Positions 18,334 through 27,024 of a DNA stretch of 64,000 nt are shown here, piece by piece. The notes under the pieces were generated by a model that was given only the letters and a program-made list of their open reading frames with translations, made no database searches and had not been told where the DNA came from. The position numbers were made by a program, and so were the translations under genes. Each line of letters opens with the position of its first letter. Within the stretch, counting starts at the first letter, position 1. Location: assembly GCA_025454835.1 (NCBI GenBank), contig JALONQ010000001.1:392990-456989 (forward strand), in the 5' to 3' direction. The stretch is from Bacteroidota bacterium (GTDB lineage: Bacteria > Bacteroidota > Ignavibacteria > UBA10030).

Positions 18334-19688
18334 CCCTCGTCCCGCAGTTCTCCCCTCTTGGTCGAATGGCCCAATATATACTCACCGAAGCCGGTACGAT
18401 CAATGAAGATGAACTGAACGCCGCTTTCGATCTGGTTGTAGTACCAGATCTCGTACGGCTTCGTGTCCTCGTTGCTTGGTACTCGCTCGATGTCGTCGGG
18501 GTCACCGTACAGCAGATAGACCCGCCCGCGGTCCGATTGCCACCCCTCACGGCTATGAACGCGGTACTTCAGATTCGCCGTCACCACGCGCTGCAGGTAC
18601 GCCATTCGCGTGATGGGCGTGAATCCGGGGCGGCCGCGTTCGACCGATTCCCAGAACATGGCCAGGAACTCGCGGCGGGCTTCTGCCGTCGTCAGCTTCG
18701 CAAACGAGGCCTTCTCTTGCTCCGTCGAAAGATACCGGGCGCGCTGGAATTCCTCCCCCAGTTCATCGAGCGTCAGACCCGCCATCTCGCTCGCCTTCAT
18801 CGATGAGGCGCTCACCGCACGGGGCTGGATGTGGGGATTGTACACGTAGAAGGTCTTGGAGGTCTTAGCGACCTCTTCTACGCTGTCGCGCAGAACGCGG
18901 TAGACCAGCGTGTACCGGCCCGACGGCACGGAGCCGACGTTGATCGTGCCCACGTCGACGGAATTCGGTGACGAAAAACTCCGGACTCGGGCGTTCTGCC
19001 GCACGACGTTGCCGCGGGCGTCCTGAATGCTCGACAAGAGCGCATACGATGCGGTCGACGACAGCTGATACAGCTCCGCATAGTGGAACAGCACAGGGTG
19101 GCTGGTCACGCCGAACACCAGCGTGGCATTCGGCACCACCTCAAGCGTGTTCTTGATGAATGCGCCACCCTCCTTGCCGGTCGAGATCGAGGAGCAGAGT
19201 TCCAGGTCGCTCACCGAGACGCCCGGCCCGACCGGTACGACCTCGATGGGAAGCGAGATGCTGTCCTGCCGTGTCGGGTTGAGCGAATCGACGGCCGAGA
19301 CCGTCAGTTGATACGAGCCGAAGGGCAGGGCATATCCTGCCTGACTGACGGATGTGAGCCCCGCGTTGAGCTGCGACGTGTCGCGCACCCGGATCGTCAG
19401 ATAGCGGCGCTCGAAGAGCACTTGGTCACCTGTCGCCCGTTCGGTCAGCTTCTCAGTCACAACGACCCAGCCCTGCAACCCCCCTTCGGGCGTAGGATCG
19501 CAGGTGACGAGGTTCGGGTAGAATGCGTAGTACAGCTCCAGGTAGCCCGAACGGTCGTCATTGCGAAACCGCGCGTAGTCCAGGTTGAGAAGGAACGACG
19601 ACGCGGGGTAGTGGCGTTGACCCTGGGCGGAGGGCGCGAGGAGGACGATGGCAACGACGAGGACAAGCGAGCGCATGGTGATCATCAC
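18312..19688 (-). CDS. GWxTD-domain-containing secreted protein
   Basis: Signal peptide; FLAMFWES, RVVTAN, GWQSDRGRVYLLYGDPD, YEIWYY, FIFID. Confidence 0.85.
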   Translation of the reverse strand: MMITMRSLVLVVAIVLLAPSAQGQRHYPASSFLLNLDYARFRNDDRSGYLELYYAFYPNLVTCDPTPEGGLQGWVVVTEKLTERATGDQVLFERRYLTIRVRDTSQLNAGLTSVSQAGYALPFGSYQLTVSAVDSLNPTRQDSISLPIEVVPVGPGVSVSDLELCSSISTGKEGGAFIKNTLEVVPNATLVFGVTSHPVLFHYAELYQLSSTASYALLSSIQDARGNVVRQNARVRSFSSPNSVDVGTINVGSVPSGRYTLVYRVLRDSVEEVAKTSKTFYVYNPHIQPRAVSASSMKASEMAGLTLDELGEEFQRARYLSTEQEKASFAKLTTAEARREFLAMFWESVERGRPGFTPITRMAYLQRVVTANLKYRVHSREGWQSDRGRVYLLYGDPDDIERVPSNEDTKPYEIWYYNQIESGVQFIFIDRTGFGEYILGHSTKRGELRDEGWQRLLQ

Positions 19689-19700
19689 CGATGGAATGTG

Positions 19701-21980
19701 TCAAGAAGCCGTCAGGTTCGCCAGCAAGCGATACGCAGCCGGGTGCGCGTTCAGGAGCTGATGATGCAGGTTCAGATTCACATACGTGAACGAACCGCGG
19801 CCCACCGACCATCGGACGATGCCCGGGATCGCATCGTCGCCCACCACGACCGGGACCTCCGAGCCGACGTCCTTCAACGTCAGGCGATGTGGAACTCGAC
19901 GGTTGATCCAACCTTCCCAAGACTCGGACACCAGCGGGTTCGGGCCAAGCGTCACCGGGTCGCCGGCTGCGATCGTCAGAGCCGTGGTGCTGTCGGTGGT
20001 ACCGTCCGGCACTGCCTCACCGATGGGGGAGCCGGGCAGTGCCATGGTGACGTCAGCGTGCTGTGCCAACACGATCACGCGTCCACCCTGTTCGGCGAAG
20101 GTGCGCAACGCGCTCCAACCCGAACTTTCCAACGACCGACCGCTCCACTCCGGGACGACGACGGTCCTCACGCCGGAGAGATCGGACGCAGCCAGGTTCG
20201 TAGGATCGATCCACTGCGCGGGCACCCCAAGCCGTCTGACCGCCAGGCCGGTCACGGTGGCCCCTGATCCCCCGACCACCGCCAGCGTGGCCGTCCGGTC
20301 GACCGCCACGGGGAACTTGCGGACGAGGAAACGTGCGACAGGTTCGAGCCCGATCAGAACATCGGTAACGCTCGTTCCGTCGGGATAGCCGTCGTCAAAC
20401 TCGAGGTCCAATGTGTCGATCTCCGTCGACCCCTTGGCGTTCATGCGAAAGTACATCGGGCGAGACCGGACATACGCGTCATGCACCTCGAGCGTATCAC
20501 GGACGCCGTCGCGGGAGTTGTTGGTGATCCGCACTGCCAGTCGTTCTCCCGGGACGGCCATCTGAATCGGCGTCAGGACGTCCACGGAAAAGCGCGGTGC
20601 GCCGTACAAACGAGCGTCCACGCGCAAGGAGAAACTCCGCTCGGGCTGCGCCGCCCGATGGATGACAAAGAAGTTCCAGGGCGTGCGGAACCGGTTCTGC
20701 TCCAAACCCGAAAGCTCACGCGGGAGGTCATGGGGAATGTCGCGCGAAGAGACGATCTGGTATGGTGTTCCCGTGACGAGCGCCGCTTTGTTCTCGGGGC
20801 TCTCGTTCAAGATCCAGCCCTTCGACACCATCGGGAAAAGGACCTGCGACTCTCCGGCGGGTCCCACGCCGCGCACCGAATCGATCGTCAGATACGTAAG
20901 TTGGGTGTTCGTCAAGACCGTATCCGAGACGCGGAAGAAGGCCTCGGCGCCGATCACGCGCAGGCGCACCGCCTCCAGGGCCGCCCGGCGGTCGAGCAGC
21001 ATGCGACGGTCGGGCTCACGATCTCGCGGATTGACCTGCAGCCAGGTGTCGATCTGCACGAGCAACGGAACTGCCTGACGAAGGACGCGGTCGGCCGAGG
21101 TCCCCCTTGGCACGGATCTCCATCCGCTGACCTGGTCAGCGAAGGCCCGGCTCATCGAATCGATCGATCGGAGAGACGTCGGAGCCGCCCGGCGCAAGAG
21201 GGCGTCAACGTCCGAGACGGCTGCCAATGGGGTCCTGGGATACCCGGCCAGTGACCGATAGCGCGGCTCCTTGAGCGGAAAGACCGCAGACCGGGCGGCA
21301 TAGGCCGCGCGACCTGATGCCAACAACGCGTTCGTGACACGCTCGGCTCTTGTGCGACGGCTCTCGACCGCACGTGCCCGTTGTCGCGCCTCTGCCACGG
21401 CCACGACGGCCGGCACGTGTCGCCGATAAGACGCGATGCGCGCGAGCACGTCACTCAGGTGAGACAGCACTTCTGAAGCCAGTACGCGCGGCGTTTCCGG
21501 ACGCTCGAGACCGTTCACGATGATGAGGTCCGGCTGGAATTCTTCGACCTGGCCGCGAAGACGAGCGCGGAGTGTGTCGGTGGTCCACGCATCACGGACG
21601 ATCTCGACGCTCGAAGCCCCGTCCAGATATGCCAGATTCAGAAAGACATGATCGGCCCCGAGTGCCGTCGTGGCGTGGTAGGCCTGTTCCCTCGCGACCG
21701 CGGCCACCTGATTCGGGAAGAGGACCGACGGCTCCACGATGGAACCTTCGCCGTTGGTCAGATAGACCACCCGGATCTGGGCTCCAGCCACGGCTCGATA
21801 TCTGGCCGCGGCGGCGAGATCTTCGTGGCCGGGGGCAACCGCCAGAAACATGACACGGCCGCCGTATCGGAGCTCTGCGGATCGAAGCTGCGTGAATCGC
21901 TCAAGGTCGTCGCCGCTGGCGGCGCCGGAAGAGGAGACGAACGACACGATGAGGCAAACGAACGCAAGACGTCGGGACAT
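19701..21980 (-). CDS. PIG-L/LmbE-like protein with degenerate active site and C-terminal GATase-like domain
   Basis: Signal peptide; VMFLAVAPGHED (canonical AHPDDE), YLTNGEG, FQPDLII; C-terminal LRTFAEQGGRVIV...GRGSFTY...AYRLLANL as in long LmbE proteins. Confidence 0.62.
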   Translation of the reverse strand: MSRRLAFVCLIVSFVSSSGAASGDDLERFTQLRSAELRYGGRVMFLAVAPGHEDLAAAARYRAVAGAQIRVVYLTNGEGSIVEPSVLFPNQVAAVAREQAYHATTALGADHVFLNLAYLDGASSVEIVRDAWTTDTLRARLRGQVEEFQPDLIIVNGLERPETPRVLASEVLSHLSDVLARIASYRRHVPAVVAVAEARQRARAVESRRTRAERVTNALLASGRAAYAARSAVFPLKEPRYRSLAGYPRTPLAAVSDVDALLRRAAPTSLRSIDSMSRAFADQVSGWRSVPRGTSADRVLRQAVPLLVQIDTWLQVNPRDREPDRRMLLDRRAALEAVRLRVIGAEAFFRVSDTVLTNTQLTYLTIDSVRGVGPAGESQVLFPMVSKGWILNESPENKAALVTGTPYQIVSSRDIPHDLPRELSGLEQNRFRTPWNFFVIHRAAQPERSFSLRVDARLYGAPRFSVDVLTPIQMAVPGERLAVRITNNSRDGVRDTLEVHDAYVRSRPMYFRMNAKGSTEIDTLDLEFDDGYPDGTSVTDVLIGLEPVARFLVRKFPVAVDRTATLAVVGGSGATVTGLAVRRLGVPAQWIDPTNLAASDLSGVRTVVVPEWSGRSLESSGWSALRTFAEQGGRVIVLAQHADVTMALPGSPIGEAVPDGTTDSTTALTIAAGDPVTLGPNPLVSESWEGWINRRVPHRLTLKDVGSEVPVVVGDDAIPGIVRWSVGRGSFTYVNLNLHHQLLNAHPAAYRLLANLTAS

Positions 21981-22002
21981 GGCAGGTCGTGGAGATGGAG
22001 GA

Positions 22003-22035
22003 ACACAAAGGGCTGCCCTTCGCGGGCAGCCCCTT
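22003..22035 (-). terminator. Intrinsic terminator after the PorV-like gene
   Basis: Minus strand GGGCTGCCC-GCGAA-GGGCAGCCC-TTTGTGTT. Confidence 0.7.
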
Positions 22036-22058
22036 GCGTTATCGAACGATGGATCAGA

Positions 22059-23105
22059 TCAGAAGCCGAACTTCACGCTGAACACGTTGTTCCCGTCGAA
22101 GAACGTCGCCGACCTGTAGCCATAGTCGACGGTAATGTCCACGCCGGGCGCGTTCCAATGGACGCCGAGGCCGAAACTTTCACCGAAGATGTTGTCATCG
22201 GTTTCTGCTTGCGGCACGAAGCCCATACCGACGCGGCCAAACAGCTCGATCACATCGAGCATCAGACCGACCTCGGCCCCGACCTTGTACTCATCAAGGT
22301 ACAGGTTGTTGTTGGTGAAGGTCCCGTTGACGCCATACATGATGTTGTTCTCGACCTTACCCTCATACGTCAGGCCGATCTCCACCACGGACGGCAATTC
22401 GAAGCCCGCCGCCTCAGAACGATAACGCTGTTCCGGACGACGACCGTCGGACGAGCGGGCGACGCGATAAAGAGCCGCGCCGTCGTACTTCATCTGCGGT
22501 CCGATGTTCTTGACCGCAACGCCGAGCTCCAAGCCCGAGACGCCGATGAGGTTGTTGTACTGGATACCGATATCCAGCGCAAACCCCGTGGCGCTCGTGC
22601 GTCCGATCTGCTCATTGATGATCTTCCCCGTGAATCCGACGGCGATGGCGTCGGTCAGGCCGCGACCGTAGGCCAGTCCGAGGGTAACGAACGTCGGCGA
22701 GTAGAAGCGCCCGCTGACATTCTCCGGATCATCTTCCGTCGTCAGCGGAATATCGCCGAAGTTCATCGACGTCACTGCGAAGCCGAGCGTCCCGAAATCA
22801 CCAAAGGTGCCCGCGACCCCGCCGTAGCTGACGTTGATATCGGCGATGTAGCTCATCGACGAGAACATGCCTTCGGCCGAATTGCTCATCCGACCGAGTC
22901 CGGCAGGATTCCAGTAGATGGCTTCCACTCCCTTCGTGTTGGCCAGCTGCGAGCCGCCGAGCGCCACACCTCGCGCGCCCACCGGGATCAGCAGCTGTGT
23001 CGAGCTCGCGGTCCCGATCCTCTTGTTCTGCGCAAGCCCGCCGTCAGCCAGCACGACGAGGCAGAGCAGGACCGCCACTGCCGTGAACAATGTATTGGAT
23101 TTCAT
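22059..23105 (-). CDS. PorV/PorQ-family (UPF0164-like) outer-membrane barrel
   Basis: Signal peptide; LLIPVGARGVALG, AIYWNPAGL, ALDIGIQY, VKNIGPQMKY; ends in F. Confidence 0.82.
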   Translation of the reverse strand: MKSNTLFTAVAVLLCLVVLADGGLAQNKRIGTASSTQLLIPVGARGVALGGSQLANTKGVEAIYWNPAGLGRMSNSAEGMFSSMSYIADINVSYGGVAGTFGDFGTLGFAVTSMNFGDIPLTTEDDPENVSGRFYSPTFVTLGLAYGRGLTDAIAVGFTGKIINEQIGRTSATGFALDIGIQYNNLIGVSGLELGVAVKNIGPQMKYDGAALYRVARSSDGRRPEQRYRSEAAGFELPSVVEIGLTYEGKVENNIMYGVNGTFTNNNLYLDEYKVGAEVGLMLDVIELFGRVGMGFVPQAETDDNIFGESFGLGVHWNAPGVDITVDYGYRSATFFDGNNVFSVKFGF

Positions 23106-23153
23106 CTGATAGTCTCCTTGATCGTCGTGAAGAACACGAGTTCTGCGTTCACC

Positions 23154-26100
23154 TTAATAGGTGTTCAGGATCTCTTGTTCCTGGATTACACCGAGCTTGA
23201 GGATCTTCGTCACCGTGGAACCATCCGTCGGCAAGGTCAGCTCGATATGTACGATATACATACCGCTTGCCACCGGGAAGCCTGACTGATTCATCAGGTT
23301 CCAGCGATAGAACTGGGACGGCTCGTTCTTGTCGAGCGTGCGCACCAGCTGGCCCGCCAGGTTAAAGATCCGGATCTTCGCGACCGGAGGCAGATTGTTG
23401 AATGTCACAAAGCGCTGGAACCGGTTGGTCTCAGCCGCGTTGAACGCATAGTACGGGTTCGGGAAGACCCCGACGCGTGCGGCGTCGAGCTTCTCTGCGG
23501 CCGCGTCACGGACAACCGGCGCTGGCGCCGTGAACGTGTAGAGGTCCGTGCCCGGCGTGGTCGGGTTCGGGACGGAGATCTTCACGACATCGCCCGTTCT
23601 CCATAGCGGTTGCGACGTCACGCCCATGGCGAACATCCACGTGCCCTTGGGGTTGTCGCGCGGAACAGCGGTGATCCCCGCGGCGGTCGCATCCGAGGTA
23701 TAGGGCGTGGAGACCGCGCCGATATAGGCACGTCCACCGAATCGGAGATAGAGCGGCACGCCGCCTGATCCCCAGGGTGACGCCGCGTCGGCATTGCGAT
23801 CGCGGACAACGGCGTTGATCTGCCGGCTTCGGCCCAATGCCGGGTCGACCTCCCACAGCTCAAACGGAACTCTGATACGGACGATGTTCGCCGCATTCGA
23901 GCTCGCCACCGTCGCGATGGAGCCGCCGGAGACGATCAGGGTGTCGTTCGGGAAGGTCCCGTTCGCGCGTGTGGCGCGAACTCCCGTGAACCGCATCTCG
24001 ATGTCCGACACCATGTCCTGCGCGGTCGTCGTATTCGTGGATTGGGGCAGGAGATTCACGTACTGAATTCCGAACCCGTAGTAGAACGATGCGTCGAGGC
24101 CGGTTCCGGTGCCTGCCGTTTGCTGTGTCGAGTAACTATCCGGCAGCTTGAACACCGGGCTCCCCACTTTGAGCTGCAAACCATCGAAGATGGGATAGTC
24201 ATCATCTTCAGAGTAGTTCTGCTGGTAGGTGAGCAGCGAGCTAGCTCCCTTCGTGACATAGTAAGGGTAGGTGTCGAAGAAGATCTGCGCTTGCGAGGTG
24301 TCCACGGTCGTGATCACCGTGACATACATGCGCTCGCCCACCAACGCCTGCCGGAATCCTGCCGTGAACGGCTTCGACGTATCCGTGGACGTCCACTTCC
24401 CTGTCGCCGTCGCGTTGCCGACGCTCACGGTGTACGGCAGACCTCCCTTGTTGCCGGCAGTTCCGGTCGTATCGAAGTACAGACCGACGACAGGACCGGC
24501 CAACGACGAAATGGCCGAAAGGTCGACCGTGTAGGTGACCGAGGTGCCCGCCGCATCCAGGAGCATGCTGGCGCTGAGCGACGACACGGGATTGCCCGCC
24601 ACGTCGAACGTCAAGTCCTCGTGACCGGAGAATCGATCCGGCTGAGTCGACCAACCGATCGTGTAGGTCTGGCCGTTGACCTTCGTGGGATCGATGACCT
24701 TGACTTCGATCGGCACGTCGCCAATACCGGTGGTGTGCGTCACCGTCAACCCGGAATTGGTTTCGGCGATGGGGGTAAGACCGTACGGGGTCCGAGGACG
24801 GACCGTGTAGACTCGCGGGTCGGATTCCAACGAGGCCGGCAGATAGCCCGGCGTCGTCGTGCGGCTATAGGCCGTCACGACCAGGTAGTACTCCTGCCCG
24901 TTGTAGATCTTGTTGATGTCATTGATGTAATCGCGGTTGAAATTGAAGAACCGCTTCAACCCGCTGTTTGAGCCAAACTGCACAGGCAGGTTGAGGATCT
25001 GGCCCGAGCCTTCGTCGAACTGCTCATCCAGGATGACCGTGGGGTCCGTCGGAAGGTCGAACGTAGCGATCCGGCGCCCTTCGGACGTGCGTGAATTGGG
25101 CGAAGGCAGCTGGTACACATTGTAGCCCTCGAAGATGTAGCCACCGGGCTCGTTCCTCTTCGTCTCTGTATCTGCAACGCGGGCGAGGTTCGATCCCCAT
25201 TCCAGCGTGATCTCACCGTCGAGCTCCGCCACCTGGACATCGGGCGACGCCGGAGGACGCGGCACCTGGAACAACGCGTTGAACGTGTTCTGGACGAAGC
25301 GGTCGTTGAACTTCATGACCGCAACGCTCGTCAGGCGGTCCGCGCCGAGACCGGCCACGACGCCGACGTAGATCTCCTGCGTGTCACCCGGAGCCATCGA
25401 GAAGGGTCCGGTCGTGCAGAGCAAGCGTCGGTCGCCAGCAGCGAAGGAGTACGGCGTGCCGAGACCGTCGACGAATCCCGTACGAGTAACAGGGTCCCCC
25501 GACAACGGGAACTTTGTGATCGCGACACCCGGGGGATGCGCATATGGCTGGTCTGCGGTGTTCAGATCCCCCAGCGGGGCGAACCCGCGCAGCATCTTCC
25601 ACCAGCGGCCTGTGCCCTGAAGGTAGTTAGCTGAACCGGTCGGAGGATCGCTGTACGGCGAGCCGGCCGAGAAGTACGAGAAGGACGACATGCCGCGATT
25701 GGCCTTCCCATACACGCGCTTCAAGTTGAAGACCGCCGAATCGCCGGGGGCATTGTAGAGCGGGCCCGCCAGGAAGTCGTATCCGACCGCCGGAGGCGGC
25801 AGGTTGAAGCCGCGATACTCAGCATCGACCGCGTTGCCGTTATAGCAGAAGCCCAGCGAACGCAACGAGTCCGTTCCCAGCAGATCGTCGCCGGCGTTCC
25901 CAAGATCGGGATCGGACCACTGACAGACGTACATCGAGTCGATCCAGAATGCGCCGAATTGATTACCGGTGGCTGCCGAGGTATCCACACCCCCCTTGTT
26001 GATCAGCTTGTAGCGATTGAAATACAGGTTGCCGAGCGCGTCGGTGCGCTTGTAGCCCCACACCGTCTTCTGCACTTCGATACCCATCGGCTCCGAACCT

Positions 26101-26927
26101 TCAAAGCTCGTGGATGTCGACACGTTCAGGTCGTTGTAAACCGTCCAAATGACCTGGTCGGCCGGAGAATTCGGGTCGCCACCCGCAACGCCTGGCTCGT
26201 CCAGGCCCCGCGAGATCAAGCTGTCGGCCGTGAAAACCGGGCCCGCCAGCGGATCTGTGTTGAATGCGGGAGGCACGTTGTAGACGCCGTCGCCATTGCG
26301 ATCGATGTACGGAGCACCCTTCGCATGCGGCCAATTGTCCCAATCCAGCTTGTACTGTGCTTTGACCGCCGCGATCTGCGTTGGCGTCACGGCTGCTTCT
26401 TGGATCTCGTTCACAACGGCCGCGTCACGCGCATACTCGGCGTCCGACATTGTCGCGAAGTCTCGACGGATCCGGTAGATCCGGACACTTGCCGCCGCCG
26501 GATCCTCGACGCCCACTCCGACCACTGCGCCGGAGTCTGGCAGCAGGATCTTTCCGGCACGGGTACCGACGCCGTACGTGCCGCCACCCACGCGAACAGA
26601 CTGCCGCGGGCCGGGCCTCGTCAATCCAACATTTGTGTAGACTTTGCCGCCCCAGACCACGCAGTCTTGGTAGAGCGCGCTGCCCGTTCCACGCGGGTAG
26701 TAGAAGCCGTCGTCCGCCGACGGTGAATGGTTCGAATGGCCGTCCGCGCGGAGCCAGGTTGTCAGATTGTTGATATTGAGAACGGCATACACGGGCGAAC
26801 CAGCGCTCTTGGCGAGCGTTTGCCCCCTCTTGCTCTGGTCGGCCGGCTCCTTGGCCAGCGAGACCAGGCTGACCAGGGCACCAATCGCCAGGACCAGTCC
26901 TGCCCTCAGGAAATTCGTCGCTTTCAT
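23154..26927 (-). CDS. Large secreted protein (~1257 aa) with T9SS type-A CTD-like C-terminal domain
   Basis: AAGGAG SD and signal peptide at 26927; LNINN, WSDPDLG, FEGYNVYQ, YYLVVTAYS; CTD-like VFPNPY...IRIFNLAGQLVRTL...WNL...VASGMYIVHI. Confidence 0.8.
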   Translation of the reverse strand: MKATNFLRAGLVLAIGALVSLVSLAKEPADQSKRGQTLAKSAGSPVYAVLNINNLTTWLRADGHSNHSPSADDGFYYPRGTGSALYQDCVVWGGKVYTNVGLTRPGPRQSVRVGGGTYGVGTRAGKILLPDSGAVVGVGVEDPAAASVRIYRIRRDFATMSDAEYARDAAVVNEIQEAAVTPTQIAAVKAQYKLDWDNWPHAKGAPYIDRNGDGVYNVPPAFNTDPLAGPVFTADSLISRGLDEPGVAGGDPNSPADQVIWTVYNDLNVSTSTSFEGSEPMGIEVQKTVWGYKRTDALGNLYFNRYKLINKGGVDTSAATGNQFGAFWIDSMYVCQWSDPDLGNAGDDLLGTDSLRSLGFCYNGNAVDAEYRGFNLPPPAVGYDFLAGPLYNAPGDSAVFNLKRVYGKANRGMSSFSYFSAGSPYSDPPTGSANYLQGTGRWWKMLRGFAPLGDLNTADQPYAHPPGVAITKFPLSGDPVTRTGFVDGLGTPYSFAAGDRRLLCTTGPFSMAPGDTQEIYVGVVAGLGADRLTSVAVMKFNDRFVQNTFNALFQVPRPPASPDVQVAELDGEITLEWGSNLARVADTETKRNEPGGYIFEGYNVYQLPSPNSRTSEGRRIATFDLPTDPTVILDEQFDEGSGQILNLPVQFGSNSGLKRFFNFNRDYINDINKIYNGQEYYLVVTAYSRTTTPGYLPASLESDPRVYTVRPRTPYGLTPIAETNSGLTVTHTTGIGDVPIEVKVIDPTKVNGQTYTIGWSTQPDRFSGHEDLTFDVAGNPVSSLSASMLLDAAGTSVTYTVDLSAISSLAGPVVGLYFDTTGTAGNKGGLPYTVSVGNATATGKWTSTDTSKPFTAGFRQALVGERMYVTVITTVDTSQAQIFFDTYPYYVTKGASSLLTYQQNYSEDDDYPIFDGLQLKVGSPVFKLPDSYSTQQTAGTGTGLDASFYYGFGIQYVNLLPQSTNTTTAQDMVSDIEMRFTGVRATRANGTFPNDTLIVSGGSIATVASSNAANIVRIRVPFELWEVDPALGRSRQINAVVRDRNADAASPWGSGGVPLYLRFGGRAYIGAVSTPYTSDATAAGITAVPRDNPKGTWMFAMGVTSQPLWRTGDVVKISVPNPTTPGTDLYTFTAPAPVVRDAAAEKLDAARVGVFPNPYYAFNAAETNRFQRFVTFNNLPPVAKIRIFNLAGQLVRTLDKNEPSQFYRWNLMNQSGFPVASGMYIVHIELTLPTDGSTVTKILKLGVIQEQEILNTY

Positions 26928-27024
26928 AGGTTGAAGCTCCTTATGGTTGAACTCGTGGCGGAGATCTTGGTTGTCAGTATGGCGACCAGGCGTCCGCCGT
27001 CGCACGGCGGACGCCCGCAGTCGC

